The translations under genes were made by a program, and so were the position numbers. Below are positions 26,894 to 39,475 of a DNA stretch of 64,000 bases, piece after piece (position 1 is the stretch's first letter; every line of letters begins with the position of its first letter). Source of the DNA: Callorhinchus milii (taxonomy: Eukaryota); assembly GCF_018977255.1 (NCBI RefSeq), contig NW_024704743.1:113276001-113340000 (forward strand), written 5' to 3'. The notes beneath the pieces were generated by a model. That model made no database searches and was not told where the DNA came from. It saw nothing but the letters and a program-made list of their open reading frames with translations.

Positions 26894-27034
26894 TAATTCA
26901 CTCCCATTACGTTATAAATATAATAGATATAAATTTTTAATTATTTGAAATTATAATTCATTGCATCAGCAACAACAATATGTTTTGTCAATGATGCCCA
27001 AGATGGTAATCGGCAATAGTTGTGCCATTGGATG

Positions 27035-27152
27035 TGTGCAATTGGCTGCCACATTTTGCCCACAAAATATAATGATTTCCACTTTACAGTATATCCTGTG
27101 AAGCGCTTTGAGATGACATAAGGCTCTATATCAAATGCAAGGATTATTATTA
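27035..27152 (+). mobile_element. tRNA-SINE 3' fragment
   Basis: GCAATTGGCTGCCAC...TCAAATGCAAGGATTATTATTA. Confidence 0.8.
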
Positions 27153-27207
27153 CGAAGGTCAAGGGGAGGTGGGTGGGTTCTCTCTTGTTGCAGGATGAAA
27201 AAACGCT

Positions 27208-27530
27208 TTGCATTTGGTGGAGTACATTTCATGTCAGGAGGATGTCTCAAAGTACTTCACGGGGTTCTCTGTAAAGTGAAGCCAACACAGCGGTGGTGAA
27301 TGACCACTTTGGGACTGTTTGCCAAGAAACCAGACAAAGCATGCTTCTCTGTTCGAATAGTGCCATGGGATCTTTAACATCCACCTGAACAGGCAGACTG
27401 TACCTTGAATGTGATGATAATGCAGGATACCCTTAGTGCTGCATTAGAGTGTCAGCTTAGATTATAAGGTCAAAGTGTCGATGTAGAGCTTGAACTCAAA
27501 ACCTTTTGACTGAAAAGTCAGCCAGGTTGG
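27208..27530 (-). mobile_element. Deu-domain tRNA-SINE
   Basis: TTCGAATAGTGCCATGGGATCTTTAACATCCACCTGAACAGGCAGAC...GTGTCAGC. Confidence 0.8.
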
Positions 27531-29684
27531 TAATATTCTATTACTTATTATTGTCTGAATGTAGTGTAAATATTATGTAGTGCAAAAAAGCAATCGAGGG
27601 ATCTTTGAATAAGCACAAACGTAATACAGTATCTAAAAATCCCATCTATCAAATAGTACAATGTTTTTTCATAAAAATCTATTTGATTATCTCTAGTCGA
27701 AATACAGTCATTAAAGAAGTTTTAAACAAACATCCTAGTATTTGTTATATTTCGGCTATGTAATGAAAGATTAATTTGGGACTTTTTTTGATAAGGTGAT
27801 CCCAGAGTGCACATTAGGTAATGCTGGAGTTTAACCAGCTAAAACTATACAGAGCATCGCAAAGTACTGGTAAGCTTTCTGCTGTTTTTTCCCCAGTTAG
27901 GACCATAACCTACCAGTTAGAGCTAAAAGCCTTCAAGATTACATAGAGCTGTGTGGGGAGAATCCTAGCTCAGACACCTCCACAGTCCCTCTGCTCGCCA
28001 GACGATCCAGACCGCAAATCAACACGATTATGTTCCTCCATTGACAGGCGTGTCACCTTGGGAGTTATCTCAACCCCAAAGAGACCCAGTTTATCCTCCC
28101 CAAGGATGATAGTAATTGGGGAAATGATAACAGTGAAAAGAGTGAAGCACAGTCTAATTGAAACAATTTACTTCCCATGTAAAATTGGAAGCAAATTCTG
28201 TTATTTTCCATGGGAATTCACAGCTATTTTTGGCTGCTTTGAGTGGGAAAGTGCTTTAAGGCTATGTACAGACTTTGAACAGCAGTAGCTGAGTCATACA
28301 GGAGAAAGGCATTTTTAAAAAAGGGAATTGCATACTGTATTCCCACAAGTAACATTTGCAACCCACAATCATCAGGCCATGAAAGCTTCAGTCTTTTCCA
28401 AAAATAATAAAATATATTCTTCCCAAATAGACAGACACCTTTAAAAACTCTGATCACCTAAAGTACAGTAGTGTCGCATGCATAAAAACAACTGGTACAG
28501 AAGAGGTTTTCAGCTCTGGCTGTGTACACTGTTGTTTATCCAGCAAGATAAATAGCAACACATTTTATTTTTAAAACAATAACTGAAATAGTCCACCTAT
28601 ACTAAAAAAAATGCAGTTTTTGATCCCCCAAGTTTCCTTACAAGTTTACAGAATTATATACACAAAATGTTTATGATGCATCTCTGATTCATAAAACAAG
28701 TGGGGGCTCTGTACTAAACTATCAAAAAATATTAGTTATTACAGGGAGTTGCAAACCACACATTGAAGCCTTCAACACTCAATGTCCCACATGGTTTGCA
28801 AGATAAACTCAATTTCGATGTTATAGTTAAGACGAAAGGTGAGGATCATGCTTCTCGGTCTCTGTCTATGCCTGAACTCACACAGGAGGTGCAGAATTTA
28901 CAAAAATCCCCAAATAATTCCCACAGTGACTTTCTTACCATTCTCATGCTGAAATTTCTGACCTCTGCTATCAAGCTAAGACCAAGAATGCAGAGCTGTG
29001 GGGAACTGCAGCTGTGAACTTATGTCTCACCATTCTCTGGGGCTCTGTTTCTGAAGAGCTTCTCTTTTATATTGCATTAAAAAGAATGAAATTTCTTTTG
29101 TGATTGCACGGTTTCTTTTTTGTGTTATAGCGCAATGTTACTAAATGCTACTTTTTAAAAAAGATATTCCAGCTTTGATATAAATTGCCTTCACAAATAT
29201 TTATTGAAGAACAAAATATATTTAATGAAATTACAAATCCCAAAATAATAAACTGTCATAATGTTTTTAGATAAGCTCTTGGCATCAGAACTACTATAAA
29301 TGATGCAGAACTTCGTCGTACTAATCTACTCCCCACAGAGTACTATTCTTATTAGGTCAGCTATCTGTTATTTTGGCATATGGAACTTCAATATTTCCTC
29401 CTATCCTTTATTAATACAATAAGAGCCACAATCTCTAAAAATAATTCTGACTGCTGCATTGAAAACCACTCAATGTTACATAAGAGGTATAGAAAGACTA
29501 CAGTGAATTTCAATGTTTGTTTGTTAATGGAATTAGGGCTAGTGATACACAGTAAAGCAGCATTTTCAGAACAGGGAGGAAAACATTCTTACGTTAATCA
29601 TTTCTAAAAATGAAACCTGTCACCATTTTATTTCAATAACAATTCACACTATGTTACTGTAGCACCTTTAACGTAGAATAAAGA

Positions 29685-30053
29685 TGGAGTCCTGCAGCTT
29701 AGCGGTAAGAGCACTCGCCTCTCAAGGGAGAAGACCCGGGTTCGACTCCCGGGGAGGGTGAAACGTTGGGCAAGTTTCCTTACTCCACACACCTCTGGTT
29801 ACCTCGCACTAAATAGTTGTTAGTCAATTGGCGGATTGCTTTTCCAGGGGTAATAATCCCTTAAAAAATTAAAAATAATTTGATCAATTAATCCACGACT
29901 GTTTGTGGGACACTGCTGTGCGCAATTGGCTGTTGCGTTTCGCCCACAATATATACAGTCAATTCACTTTACAGTATATTCTGCTAAGCGCTTTGTGATG
30001 TCTTGAAGACGTGATAAGGCACTCTATCAAATGCAAGGATTATTATTATTATT
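29685..30053 (+). mobile_element. tRNA-SINE family A, long form, full length
   Basis: TGGAGTCCTG head with A-box and B-box (GGTTCGACTCCC), central module, Deu-like block, L2-like stem-loop, (ATT)n. Confidence 0.93.
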
Positions 30054-30278
30054 CTTAACCATTTCCATAGTTCTATGGCCTACAAGCATGGAACTTGATC
30101 TCTCTCCCGATTATAGAATGGAAGTATAATGGCAATCCTAAGGAACTGAGAGTAGTAGATGTACTGGTGGTAAATTGAAGAAAATACACTTGCAGCTCCT
30201 GGAGTAGCTGGAGGGCAGTCTTCGAGTGTCACAAAATTGGTCCAAACAAAATTGGTTTGGAACATTCGGATCTCTTCC

Positions 30279-30340
30279 CTACAACAACAAATGACATTTG
30301 TATAGCGCCTTTCACATTGGGAGGACATCTTAAGGCACTA
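30279..30340 (-). mobile_element. L2 tail-only insertion
   Basis: ACAACAACAAATGACATTTGTATAGCGCCTTTCACATTGGGAGGACATC. Confidence 0.75.
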
Positions 30341-30374
30341 CCCACCTTAGCGCCTCTCATCATAGCATGAAGCT

Positions 30375-30660
30375 GCTTTTGAAATTAGTCGAGTGTCCTG
30401 GCCTCAACCACCTTTATTGGCAACCTGTTCCAGCTGTTAATTAAACCCCAAGTAAAGCAAAATTTCCTGTCCTGAAATTGCTCTTCACAACTCTAAATCT
30501 GTCTTATTTTTCTACTGTCTCGGTGCATCCTAAAGCATTGATCTGGTTTCATTTTTCAATCCCATTTAAAACTTTCTACACCTCCGAGGTCTTCTCTCAA
30601 GACTGAAGAGCCCTTGCTTGCCTAATTGTTGCTCACAGCTCATTCCTCCAACACTGGGAG
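30375..30660 (-). mobile_element. Degenerate CR1 3' region
   Basis: Reverse strand resembles EVYKI..G ... F.Q.V...WNRLP..VVEA of the CR1 ORF2 end. Confidence 0.6.
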
Positions 30661-31147
30661 AGGGCAGTGAGATGTAATTTCCCAAGGCTACAGCCATGGT
30701 GGCTTTCATAACTGACATTGCATAAACAATTAAACGTGAAATCCAAACTCTGATTCACACGTTACCAGAAGGCATTTCTGTGCAGATGGGCTCAAGACAC
30801 TTGGAGAAAAGCACTGCTCTGTTACAGTCAGATGGGTGCAGATCTGGAGAGAATGAATTCTGGCAGTGCATATGTTAGGAAGTCACAACTCTAGCAGCAG
30901 CTCTTGCCAATGCCTGCAACATACCCTATACTAGTGACTGAACCATCTGCCTTTGTATTCTAAAGCCCTAGCTCCTGCCACACTATCAAATATAACGTTT
31001 CACTTCAGTATACTTGGTGCGACATCTTCAAAGGTGTCGTGCACTCCAATCTCTTCCCCTCCTGTTGCATGAAAGATGCAAATCTCACAATGACAAATGT
31101 AATGTTAGCACAGCTAACACAAATGACAGAAAAGAAGGTGCTCTAGA

Positions 31148-31218
31148 AGGTGCTCTGGGACGCTGCCCTGCGTGAGAGGCGCTATATAAATATAAGTTGC
31201 TCTTGTTGTTGTTGTTGT
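31148..31218 (+). mobile_element. L2 tail-only insertion
   Basis: GTGCTCTGGGACGCTGCCCTGCGTGAGAGGCGCTATATAAA...(TTG)n. Confidence 0.75.
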
Positions 31219-31712
31219 ACAGTAGTAAGTCAAGTCCCAAAGGACAAATTGTAGTTGTACACTTATATAAAGCTGAAAACTGCACATTAGAATGTTTTGT
31301 CATGTGAAAATCATGCATATGTACTGTAATCATACTGTGATAACTTTAGCTCTCAGTATGGCCTGAACATTGACCAAAGTCAGGGGTTTAATCAGTAACA
31401 AAAGTTTGTGGTGAACAGCAAATGCACAAATGTATTCTCAATCTTAACAATTCTTCAAATGCTTTGCGAGTTAAGAAAAGAACTGCTCGTCCTCTGGATG
31501 AACTTGCATTATATTCTGTGGAGGACAGCAGCTGCAAATGCCCTATGTGGGATTTAGAAGCTAAGTTTTAGCCTGTTTGACCAGGAGCAATACGTCCAAA
31601 TTTATAATTGACTTAAAAACACATGGTAATGGACATTCACAAATGGTTGCCTTCAACAAGAAATGAATAAGCCAAAGCTGGTTTAATATTGTTTTCAGAG
31701 AAGTGCATTTTA

Positions 31713-31884
31713 CAGTAAACCTCATATAAGTCTGATCTGTGTAAATTGTATAATCACCTAAGTCGTACATGTGCCTAAGTCCCGTTGAATTTCCTATTAT
31801 TTATACATTTCACACAACTCATACTTTGCATGAGTAATGTTAAATGTATGGTCCCAACTGATACAATTTATGTGAGGTTTACTG
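31713..31884. mobile_element. Tc1/mariner-pogo (Tigger-type) MITE
   Basis: TA|CAGTAAACCTCATATAA ... TTATGTGAGGTTTACTG|TA: 17-bp TIR (16/17 match), TA target duplication, 172 bp. Confidence 0.8.
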
Positions 31885-32528
31885 TAGTTTTCTTGGGCTA
31901 AACATTAAACTTGATGAGTTTGTGTGTGCAATTTAGTGCATAACAGGGTCCATCTTTGCTTCCATAATCAAACTGATAAATTGTCAAAAATAGTTGTACA
32001 AACTGCATTAAATATATAATACAGTAACTATTCTTGACTCACTATTGTAATAAAAGGTGTAATACCACAAAAGATAGATATTTGCAGAAAAGTAAAAATA
32101 TTTAAAAACCCAGAAGGCCATTTTATCGTGAAAATAAAAAAAAGAAAATCTCTTTTACACTCTGCCTGGTTTGTCAGACGTGCGAGGCAGGATAAGGATG
32201 GCAATTCCATCTCTAGGCTAGTTAAGGAAACTCAAAACATATCCTTCAATAGTTCTACCACAACAGGAAAGAACTCTTGACATTTTCAAGGTTAGAAAGT
32301 TTTGCTATTGATACTCTCTTGGAGGATTCTCTCTTTTGAGGATACAACTTCCTGATCCTATCATCCAAATCAGGCCTTTCAGTATTGCTAGTAACAACGG
32401 TATATGACTATCAATCTGAAAAAGATGTCTGTGTAGGTGAAAAGCTGGCCAAGTGGCAAGCATAGGGTATCCTGCATCTCAGTCTGAGGATCACTGCCTT
32501 ACCGTCTTGCCTCCAAAACTTTCACTAA

Positions 32529-32879
32529 TCCTGTAGTGATTATTGCGTTTGCCTTACAAGCGAGAGGATCTGGGTTCGATTCCCAGGCAGGGCGAAACCT
32601 TAGGCAAATTTCCTTTTTCCACAAACCTCTGTTTACCTAACAGTAAGTAGGAACTAAGTTGTTAGTCGATTGACGCATCGCTTTCCGGGGATAATAATCC
32701 TGAAAAATAATAATGTGGTCACTCAATCCACGACTGTTTGTAAGACACTGCAGTGCGCAATTGGCTGCCGCGTTTTGACCACAAAATACAGTTAGTCCAC
32801 TTTACAATATATTCTGTGAAGCACTTTAAGACATCTCAATGATGTGATAAAGCACTGCATCAAATGCAAGGATTATTAT
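32529..32879 (+). mobile_element. tRNA-SINE family A, long form
   Basis: GGGTTCGATTCCCAGGCAGGGCGAAACCTTAGGC...TGCAAGGATTATTA. Confidence 0.9.
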
Positions 32880-32989
32880 GTTTAATCAATTGTTCATTAA
32901 GAATCAGATCCTGAACTAATAGACATTTGCCCCGGTGTTACACATTCTAGGAAAATTATAAATCTTATCACTAAAATTGTAAGTATATA

Positions 32990-33213
32990 TCATTGGCGGC
33001 CACACTTTCAGCCACTATACCCTGAAACTCTGGAACACTCGTCCTCTCTCCCTCTGCCTTGCCCCTTCCTTCCCCATCTTCAGGTCATGCCTGAAGACCT
33101 TCCTCTTTGACTGTGCCTATGGTTACCTCTCCCTCCCACTGTTCTCCGTCATGTTCCGCCACTGACAAGCGCTCTGGGACATTACCCTGCGACATTAAAT
33201 GCAAATTGTTGTT
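32990..33213 (+). mobile_element. L2 3' fragment
   Basis: IGGHTFSHYTLKLWNT...LKTFLFD plus tail. Confidence 0.8.
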
Positions 33214-34485
33214 AAAATTGTAGTAGAGCATGTATTTCTCTGAATAGAATATAAGCAGGTGACAGACAATGACATGGAGTGCACTTATATTTGTGCAGCC
33301 ACTTGTGGAAGCAGTTGTGATTTGCAGATTCGGATCCCTAGTGATGTAGCCTAGTTTTCAAATACATTACAATTATTATTGCACCAAACTCTCGAGGCAA
33401 CAGTGTTGCTGCCAACAAAGACCTGCCATCGGCACTCATACAGCACACATTTATAGAGCAGAGTTACAAAGAATATCTGAATAACTGAAGTAAACAGAAG
33501 CACTAGCTCACAAAGCCATTTCAGAAATCAGCCAAATTGAATGGGATGAAATCAAATGCATTGTGGCTAACTTGGAATAATTCAACACTTGGACATTATG
33601 GGTTGATTCTTTGTTGGTCAATAGATTTTCTCATCTTGGCAGCAAGTACACTTTCATCACAGAACCTTTGCTGCTTTCACACAAATTTTTTGCTGCTTGC
33701 TGGTAGGCAAAATTGCTTGTGTTATAATGGGAAAATCCATTATCATTGAACACTGGCAAGATTTAGAAACTTAGCAGCAGGCAGACAATCACCACCTACC
33801 TTTTCCTTTTGCGTGTAAATACAGTTATAAGTGTTGCAACAGACAATACCTGAAATAAACAAAAGCTGTTTGTATTGTTTCTCTGGGAATAAAATGATCA
33901 CAATTTCTCTAGGAATCAAAGATGGAAATTTGCTTAGTGTTTGTTCTTTCACTGACATACTTTTGTCTTGCTACGTGCAACAACCACAGTTGAGAGCCGT
34001 TTTCTAGTCATTGACAACTGGATTCTGTAATTGAGCATTCGGGCTAACGGGGCTAACTCTTTCTCCAGTAAAGAAATAATTTAAAGTATTTGACTGACGT
34101 ATTGATAATTGATGCATAGTATGATTGTGAATTAGACATACATCCCTATTAGGAGACTACCTAAACACAGTTCTAAGAATAATTATTACGCAGATCCTAC
34201 ACTTCAGAACTGCATTTGTGGCTAAAAAACACAGTTCTACATCAAGCATTGCTCTGTTGAAAAAATTGAACAAACATTGATAATATATCATCAATATAAT
34301 GAATATGCACAAATTAGATTGCATTAGTGCTGAGGAACATATTTTTCACACTTATTTGTTGATTACCCTTATATAAGGAACTGAAATAATATTGTATTTT
34401 TGAAAATAATGAACACTGTTGTTCTTTTAAATTAAAAGATATTCTCATTCATTACTGAAGAGATTTTTCATTGGGATTTTAGAGT

Positions 34486-34726
34486 ACTCAGCTGGTAGTA
34501 ATCTCATCTTTGAATCAGATGATTGTGGATTCAAGCCCCATGTTGGGTCATGATGCTCATATGGTCTAAGGTGACACGCCAGTGAAGTAATACAGAGCTG
34601 GAGGTGTGCTACATTATTGGTGGACATTCAACTGAGGTCCTCAGTTGATTTCATTTAAATTCTGTGAAGCACGATTGACATTCTCCTAACATTAAAGAGG
34701 CTATGTCAAATGCAAAGATTATTATT
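34486..34726 (+). mobile_element. Degenerate Deu-SINE
   Basis: CTCAGCTGGTAG...TGAATCAGATGATTGTGGATTCAAGCCCCA head and tail remnant. Confidence 0.65.
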
Positions 34727-35881
34727 TTAGGAGCTAGGATGAATTGGAGCAGTTTCATAAACATGCTCAAAACATTCACCTCAAAATGGTCAGCCTAGGG
34801 TTGGACATTACATACAGCTTCAATCTTTATTCTTTGAGTTGAAGAGTAAAAATTACATTGAAATTGCTGCTTCTCAGTACAGCACTTCAGAGTCCTCCCT
34901 TTGCAGTTCTCCATTTGGTCAGCTCAAGTTGCAGGGCACAGTAAAGATCTTTTACTTGTTTCTGTATTAGCACAGAGAGAATCAAAGTTAGCAATAAACT
35001 GGCTTTCCATTACTCGGCAACTTGACCCTCACCTTTGCAATTCTGTGAAGACTTTGTAGTTCAGGGATGTATTAAATCTTCTTGTGTGCTTCTGTTACAA
35101 TGGGTCTTAAAGGGATCTACAGATATACATGTATTTGTAACAGTGCACTTCAATGTGTGCTAGTCAACGTGCAATTGTACAGCTCCTGAGCCTCCAGTAA
35201 AAAAATGTGTGCAAATCGGATGCCAGGCATCACAGAATGTAAGGAGCACAGATACCCTGAGGTCAATATGACCTCTGATGAATCCTGTGTATATTGACAG
35301 AAGAGACATTTTCAGTGCTCAAAATGGGGATGTAATTTAAAGAGTAAAATTGCGCAATCATTACAAATGTACTCACCAAATTATGTATCGTCTTTCATCA
35401 TAAGAATGGAAAATGGAGCCCAGAAGCAGTTAAGTTGACCTACAACCTGAGAAAGCTGATTTTGCACCAAAGCAATTATTGTAATTCCACAGACCATAGC
35501 TTTTACTGAATTCACTGAAAATTATGCTAAAATGTCACCACTCATGATATAAATGAAGACAAATTGTGACTTAGGGATTCACTGAAAAATATACCATTGA
35601 ATCATGCAGCTGATTCTTCTGAGTGGTGAAAAGCATGAGAGCTTACTTTAGGTTATCATTTGTATTAGATCGTAGTATAAAATACTGTACCAGAGTGCAG
35701 TGCATGTGCATTCATCAAGAAAGGTATTGTGCAATTTTGAGAGTGAAGCATATTAAAATTAGAAATATATGCCAAATCAAATGTTGATTTAATTTCACTC
35801 TATGTGTAGTATAAATATTCTGGAAATATTTACTTATACATTACATACTTTGAAATATCCAACGGGGTACACTGTCGTAGT

Positions 35882-35933
<52 letters not shown>

Positions 35934-35946
35934 GTCAGTCAGTCAG

Positions 35947-35978
<32 letters not shown>

Positions 35979-36006
35979 AATCTGTCAATCTGTCAATCTG
36001 TCAATC
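35882..36006. repeat. Compound microsatellite (TCAA)n(TCAG)n(TCTG)n(TCAATCTG)n
   Basis: Directly visible. Confidence 0.98.
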
Positions 36007-36104
36007 GATCACAGTACCATCCATACTAGTGTTTTTGATTACTATATTTGCCATCCCTATTGCAAAAAAATCACAGAAATTTCCAGAGAATTTGAAAAGG
36101 CTGA

Positions 36105-36200
36105 TAATAATAACAATCCTTGCATTTGATATAGCACCTCATCATGTCTTCGAGCAGTCTCAAAGCGCTTTACAGAATATATTGTAAAGTGAATTGACTA
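36105..36200 (-). mobile_element. tRNA-SINE A 3' tail
   Basis: ATAATAATAACAATCCTTGCATTTGATATAGCAC...GTAAAGTGAATTGACT. Confidence 0.8.
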
Positions 36201-37145
36201 TTTTTCGGACAATACGTACCACAAATTTGGAGTAGTCCAGTTCTCAGACTCAGTAAGATGTGAAACAATGGGGTAAAATCATGGACTTTCATTCAATTGC
36301 TTAGGTGACAAATATAGCTGATCTTATTCAGCAAATGGGTGCACAATTGAGGAATTATTGGAAGCTCACGTATTTATGTTGAAATGTATGAGTGAGTCTA
36401 TATAGACTGATTTTGACTCATGAGAAAATATCAAAAGAAACTATTTCAAGCAACTTCAGAAAATGAACTTCTCCTCTCAAAATAATGACCACAGCTGGAG
36501 ATAAGTCACCATTCATCATATATTCTGCAGTGTCGCTAAAGTCTTCTTATCTGACCCTAGGACTGGCTGGTGCTGAACACCATTCTGCTAATGTACAAAA
36601 TTCAACTGATCAGTGCAAGAACTATGAGTTGAACTACTCTGTGTTGGACCCTTATAACTTAACTTGCATTAAGCTCGAAAGGGCTGAATTAAACGCTCTG
36701 CTACTGGGAACCATTTTCATAGTTTAGAATTTTTTTTGTAAAATAGAGCAAGGATTCCTCCTCAATGTATATTTATACTTATTCTTATGCTTTCTACAAG
36801 TCTCTTGTGTCATATGCTATCAAAACATAGAGGGCAGGCAAACAATCTGCTCTCAAGATCCCTGCAAATTGCATTCCAGGGCCTTTGGACGTCCTCCCGA
36901 CATGAAATGTAATTTTGTTGTTGTTCTGTACCCCACTTATTGAGGGGAAAAAAACAACAGGACTGAGTGACTCGATTTTACTTTTTCCTCCTCTACCTGT
37001 GGGGACGCAGCTGCCCTCCACTTGGCACTTTGCCACAATAGTACGGTTGAGATCACTAAACCAGCATGTAGAAAATCATGGACATAAATTCACAACACAA
37101 CACCCTGCATGTGGCACAGCTGCACTTCAATGCACTACATCACTG

Positions 37146-37210
37146 GTGTCAGCCTGGCTCAGTTGGCAGAATTCTCGCCTCTGAGTCAGAAGGTTGTGGG
37201 TTCAACCCCA
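37146..37210 (+). mobile_element. Deu-SINE tRNA head
   Basis: GTGTCAGCCTGGCTCAGTTGGCAGAATTCTCGCCTCTGAGTCAGAAGGTTGTGGGTTCAACCCCA. Confidence 0.8.
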
Positions 37211-37216
37211 ACAACA

Positions 37217-37460
37217 GGGGGAAGGGGGAGGGGTAGGTCAGGGGGGCAAGGGGTGTGGGGGGAGCGAGGGGTGTGGGGGGGGGCGAGGGTATGGGGGAGC
37301 GAGGGGGATGGGGGGAGAGGGGCGTGGGGGGGCGAAGAGGGTGGGGGGCGAAGTGGGTGGGGGGCGAGGGGGGTGGGGGACGAGGGGGGAGGTGGGGTGA
37401 GAGGATGCTGGGGGGGAGGGGGCGAGGGGGGAGGGAGGAGGCGAGGTGGATGGGTGGAGG
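37217..37460 (+). repeat. G-rich low-complexity tract (GGGGGCGAGGGG-like units), G-quadruplex prone, adjoining an L2 fragment at about 37455-37525 (minus)
   Basis: More than 20 G-runs; the flanking reverse strand encodes LWNSILVSLHLASS. Confidence 0.85.
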
Positions 37461-38635
37461 GTTTGAGGAGGCGAGATGAAGGGACACCAGGATGGAGTTC
37501 CAGAGAGCAAGGACAGAATGCTGCAATTACTACTTCCTTCAAATGAATCCTACCACATAAAGGACATAAAGGGAACTTTATCTCAATATTCTTCGCTCTG
37601 AAAACATTTTCTCTCCAAGCCCAATTTCTACAGACTGGAAAACTTTCTTAATTCCCCCCTGCATTGTCAACCTGTCACTAATAACAATTTGATTCATACA
37701 AATTTGCTCAGTATTCTTTATGCCACCAAAATTAAACATGTATGATTGAAAATGCACACACACGCATACATACACATAGTAAAACCAAAACCAGAAGATT
37801 CCAAGATGTAATTTGTAACCTCAGGTTCAGATGAGCACTGTAACCACCTCTAGACGTCACATAAACCCTTCGATTAGATTAGTCACTTGTAATTACTCTT
37901 CAATACCCATTACTCTAGATAAATAATACTATTTGTGGTTATACCCAGCTTTTCCTTCATATCCTCAGAATGGTGTGGCTAATTTCACAAACTAATCCTT
38001 TATGGCTTTGCATTTTGGTTTGCAGTGAACCTATATACCAGGAGAGATGTTAGGATTGACAGACAGGGCTTAAACTGCAGGGCTTGTTCTCACGCATGCA
38101 TAAAGTAGGCTAAAGGACAACTGGTTATGTAAGGGGATTACAATAAAACCTCTACATAGCTGCGGACATTCAGGAATGAAACAGTTCTGACTGGAGACTC
38201 AGAAGAAGTCCAGCTTTGATGCTACAGAAGTATGTAAGCTGTATAGCAACAAGGATCTAAGAATACTGATTATTTACATGTTGAAATAGATGCAAATCCA
38301 TATACGTGTAAACACGTCCTTGCTCTGCGAGTACATCATGGTAGATATCTGGTGCTATTATTACCAGAGCCATTGGTTTAATCAGAGATAGCAATATACT
38401 TTCTAAAACACCCACAAACCCCCAAAAATGTTTAGCTCAATTTAGAATATCAAAACAAATAGAAGGCATTAATGAAATGTGCACAGATACATTTTACAGA
38501 TTTTCAGACAATTCAATCAAGTTAGAGTATTATTTATTTAAACAATATGAATTAAAACAAATGTAGATATAACTATGTCATTGTGCACACATCTCAATTG
38601 TTAGAGCACCAATTATTAACCAATTATTATCAACT

Positions 38636-38785
38636 TCGCTCAGTTGGTAGCACTCCCTGCCTCTGAAGGGTAGCAGAAAGTTGCAGGGTCTAGTGTTAAG
38701 TCACATTTGATGCTCATAATACAGGCTGACACAGCTGTACAGTAATGAGGAGCACTGCATTTTTGGAGGTGTCATCCTTAGAAAG
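38636..38785 (+). mobile_element. Deu-SINE 5' part
   Basis: GCTCAGTTGGTAGCACTCCCTGCCTCTG...AGGCTGACAC...GCACTGCATTTTTGGAGGTGTC. Confidence 0.7.
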
Positions 38786-39436
38786 CAAAGACCTCTTAAA
38801 GAAAGGTATTTGCTTTCTGCATAACACGATTCGATGATCTGCAGTATAATCTCCAGCTAGCATTTGAGAATCTCAGTATTGAAGAAATACTTGCAAACAG
38901 CAACTTTAAAACTGTACTTGCTGGAACAACAACAAGAACTTGCTGGAAGCTGTTACCACCAAAAATGGACCATAAAGCACTTCCAGTCATAATGAATTAT
39001 GTAGTGAGGGCCAGCAATTTAAATGACACAATTTTATTGGGACCATTTCTAAGCAGAACATGTTCTAGTTCAATGAAGAAAGAAGGGTTGCCTAATTTAA
39101 GTAATGATAATAATAATTGTTGCATTTGATATAAAGCCTTATCACAACATCAAGATGACTCAAAGCGCTTCACAGGATATACTGTAAAGTGAATTTTTTG
39201 ACCAAATTTAGTTTCTGTTCATCTCAGGTGTTGACCAAGATTGGTTCTATGGACGACACCTGTTGCATTCATCCTATTCCGATTCCATATTCAACAATCA
39301 GGAATTTTCATTGGAAACGTCAGACTGATTCGTGTTAATCTGAATCATAATTTGCTTTACAAGCAGAGCATCAAGAAAATGGTACACTTTTACACAATAT
39401 CAAAAAGGTCAGCTTGTTTAGAAGTTGGTTGTTAGG

Positions 39437-39475
39437 ATTATTATTTTATTATTATTATTATTATTATTATATTAT
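39437..39475. repeat. (ATT)n microsatellite
   Basis: Directly visible; probably a SINE tail remnant. Confidence 0.9.

Noticed and set aside
37109..37546. Gly-rich and Pro-rich ORFs on both strands
   Set aside because: Products of the G-rich low-complexity tract.
38797..39130. Stop-free plus-strand frame of about 110 codons
   Set aside because: No convincing splice sites or recognisable motif; it runs into a SINE tail.
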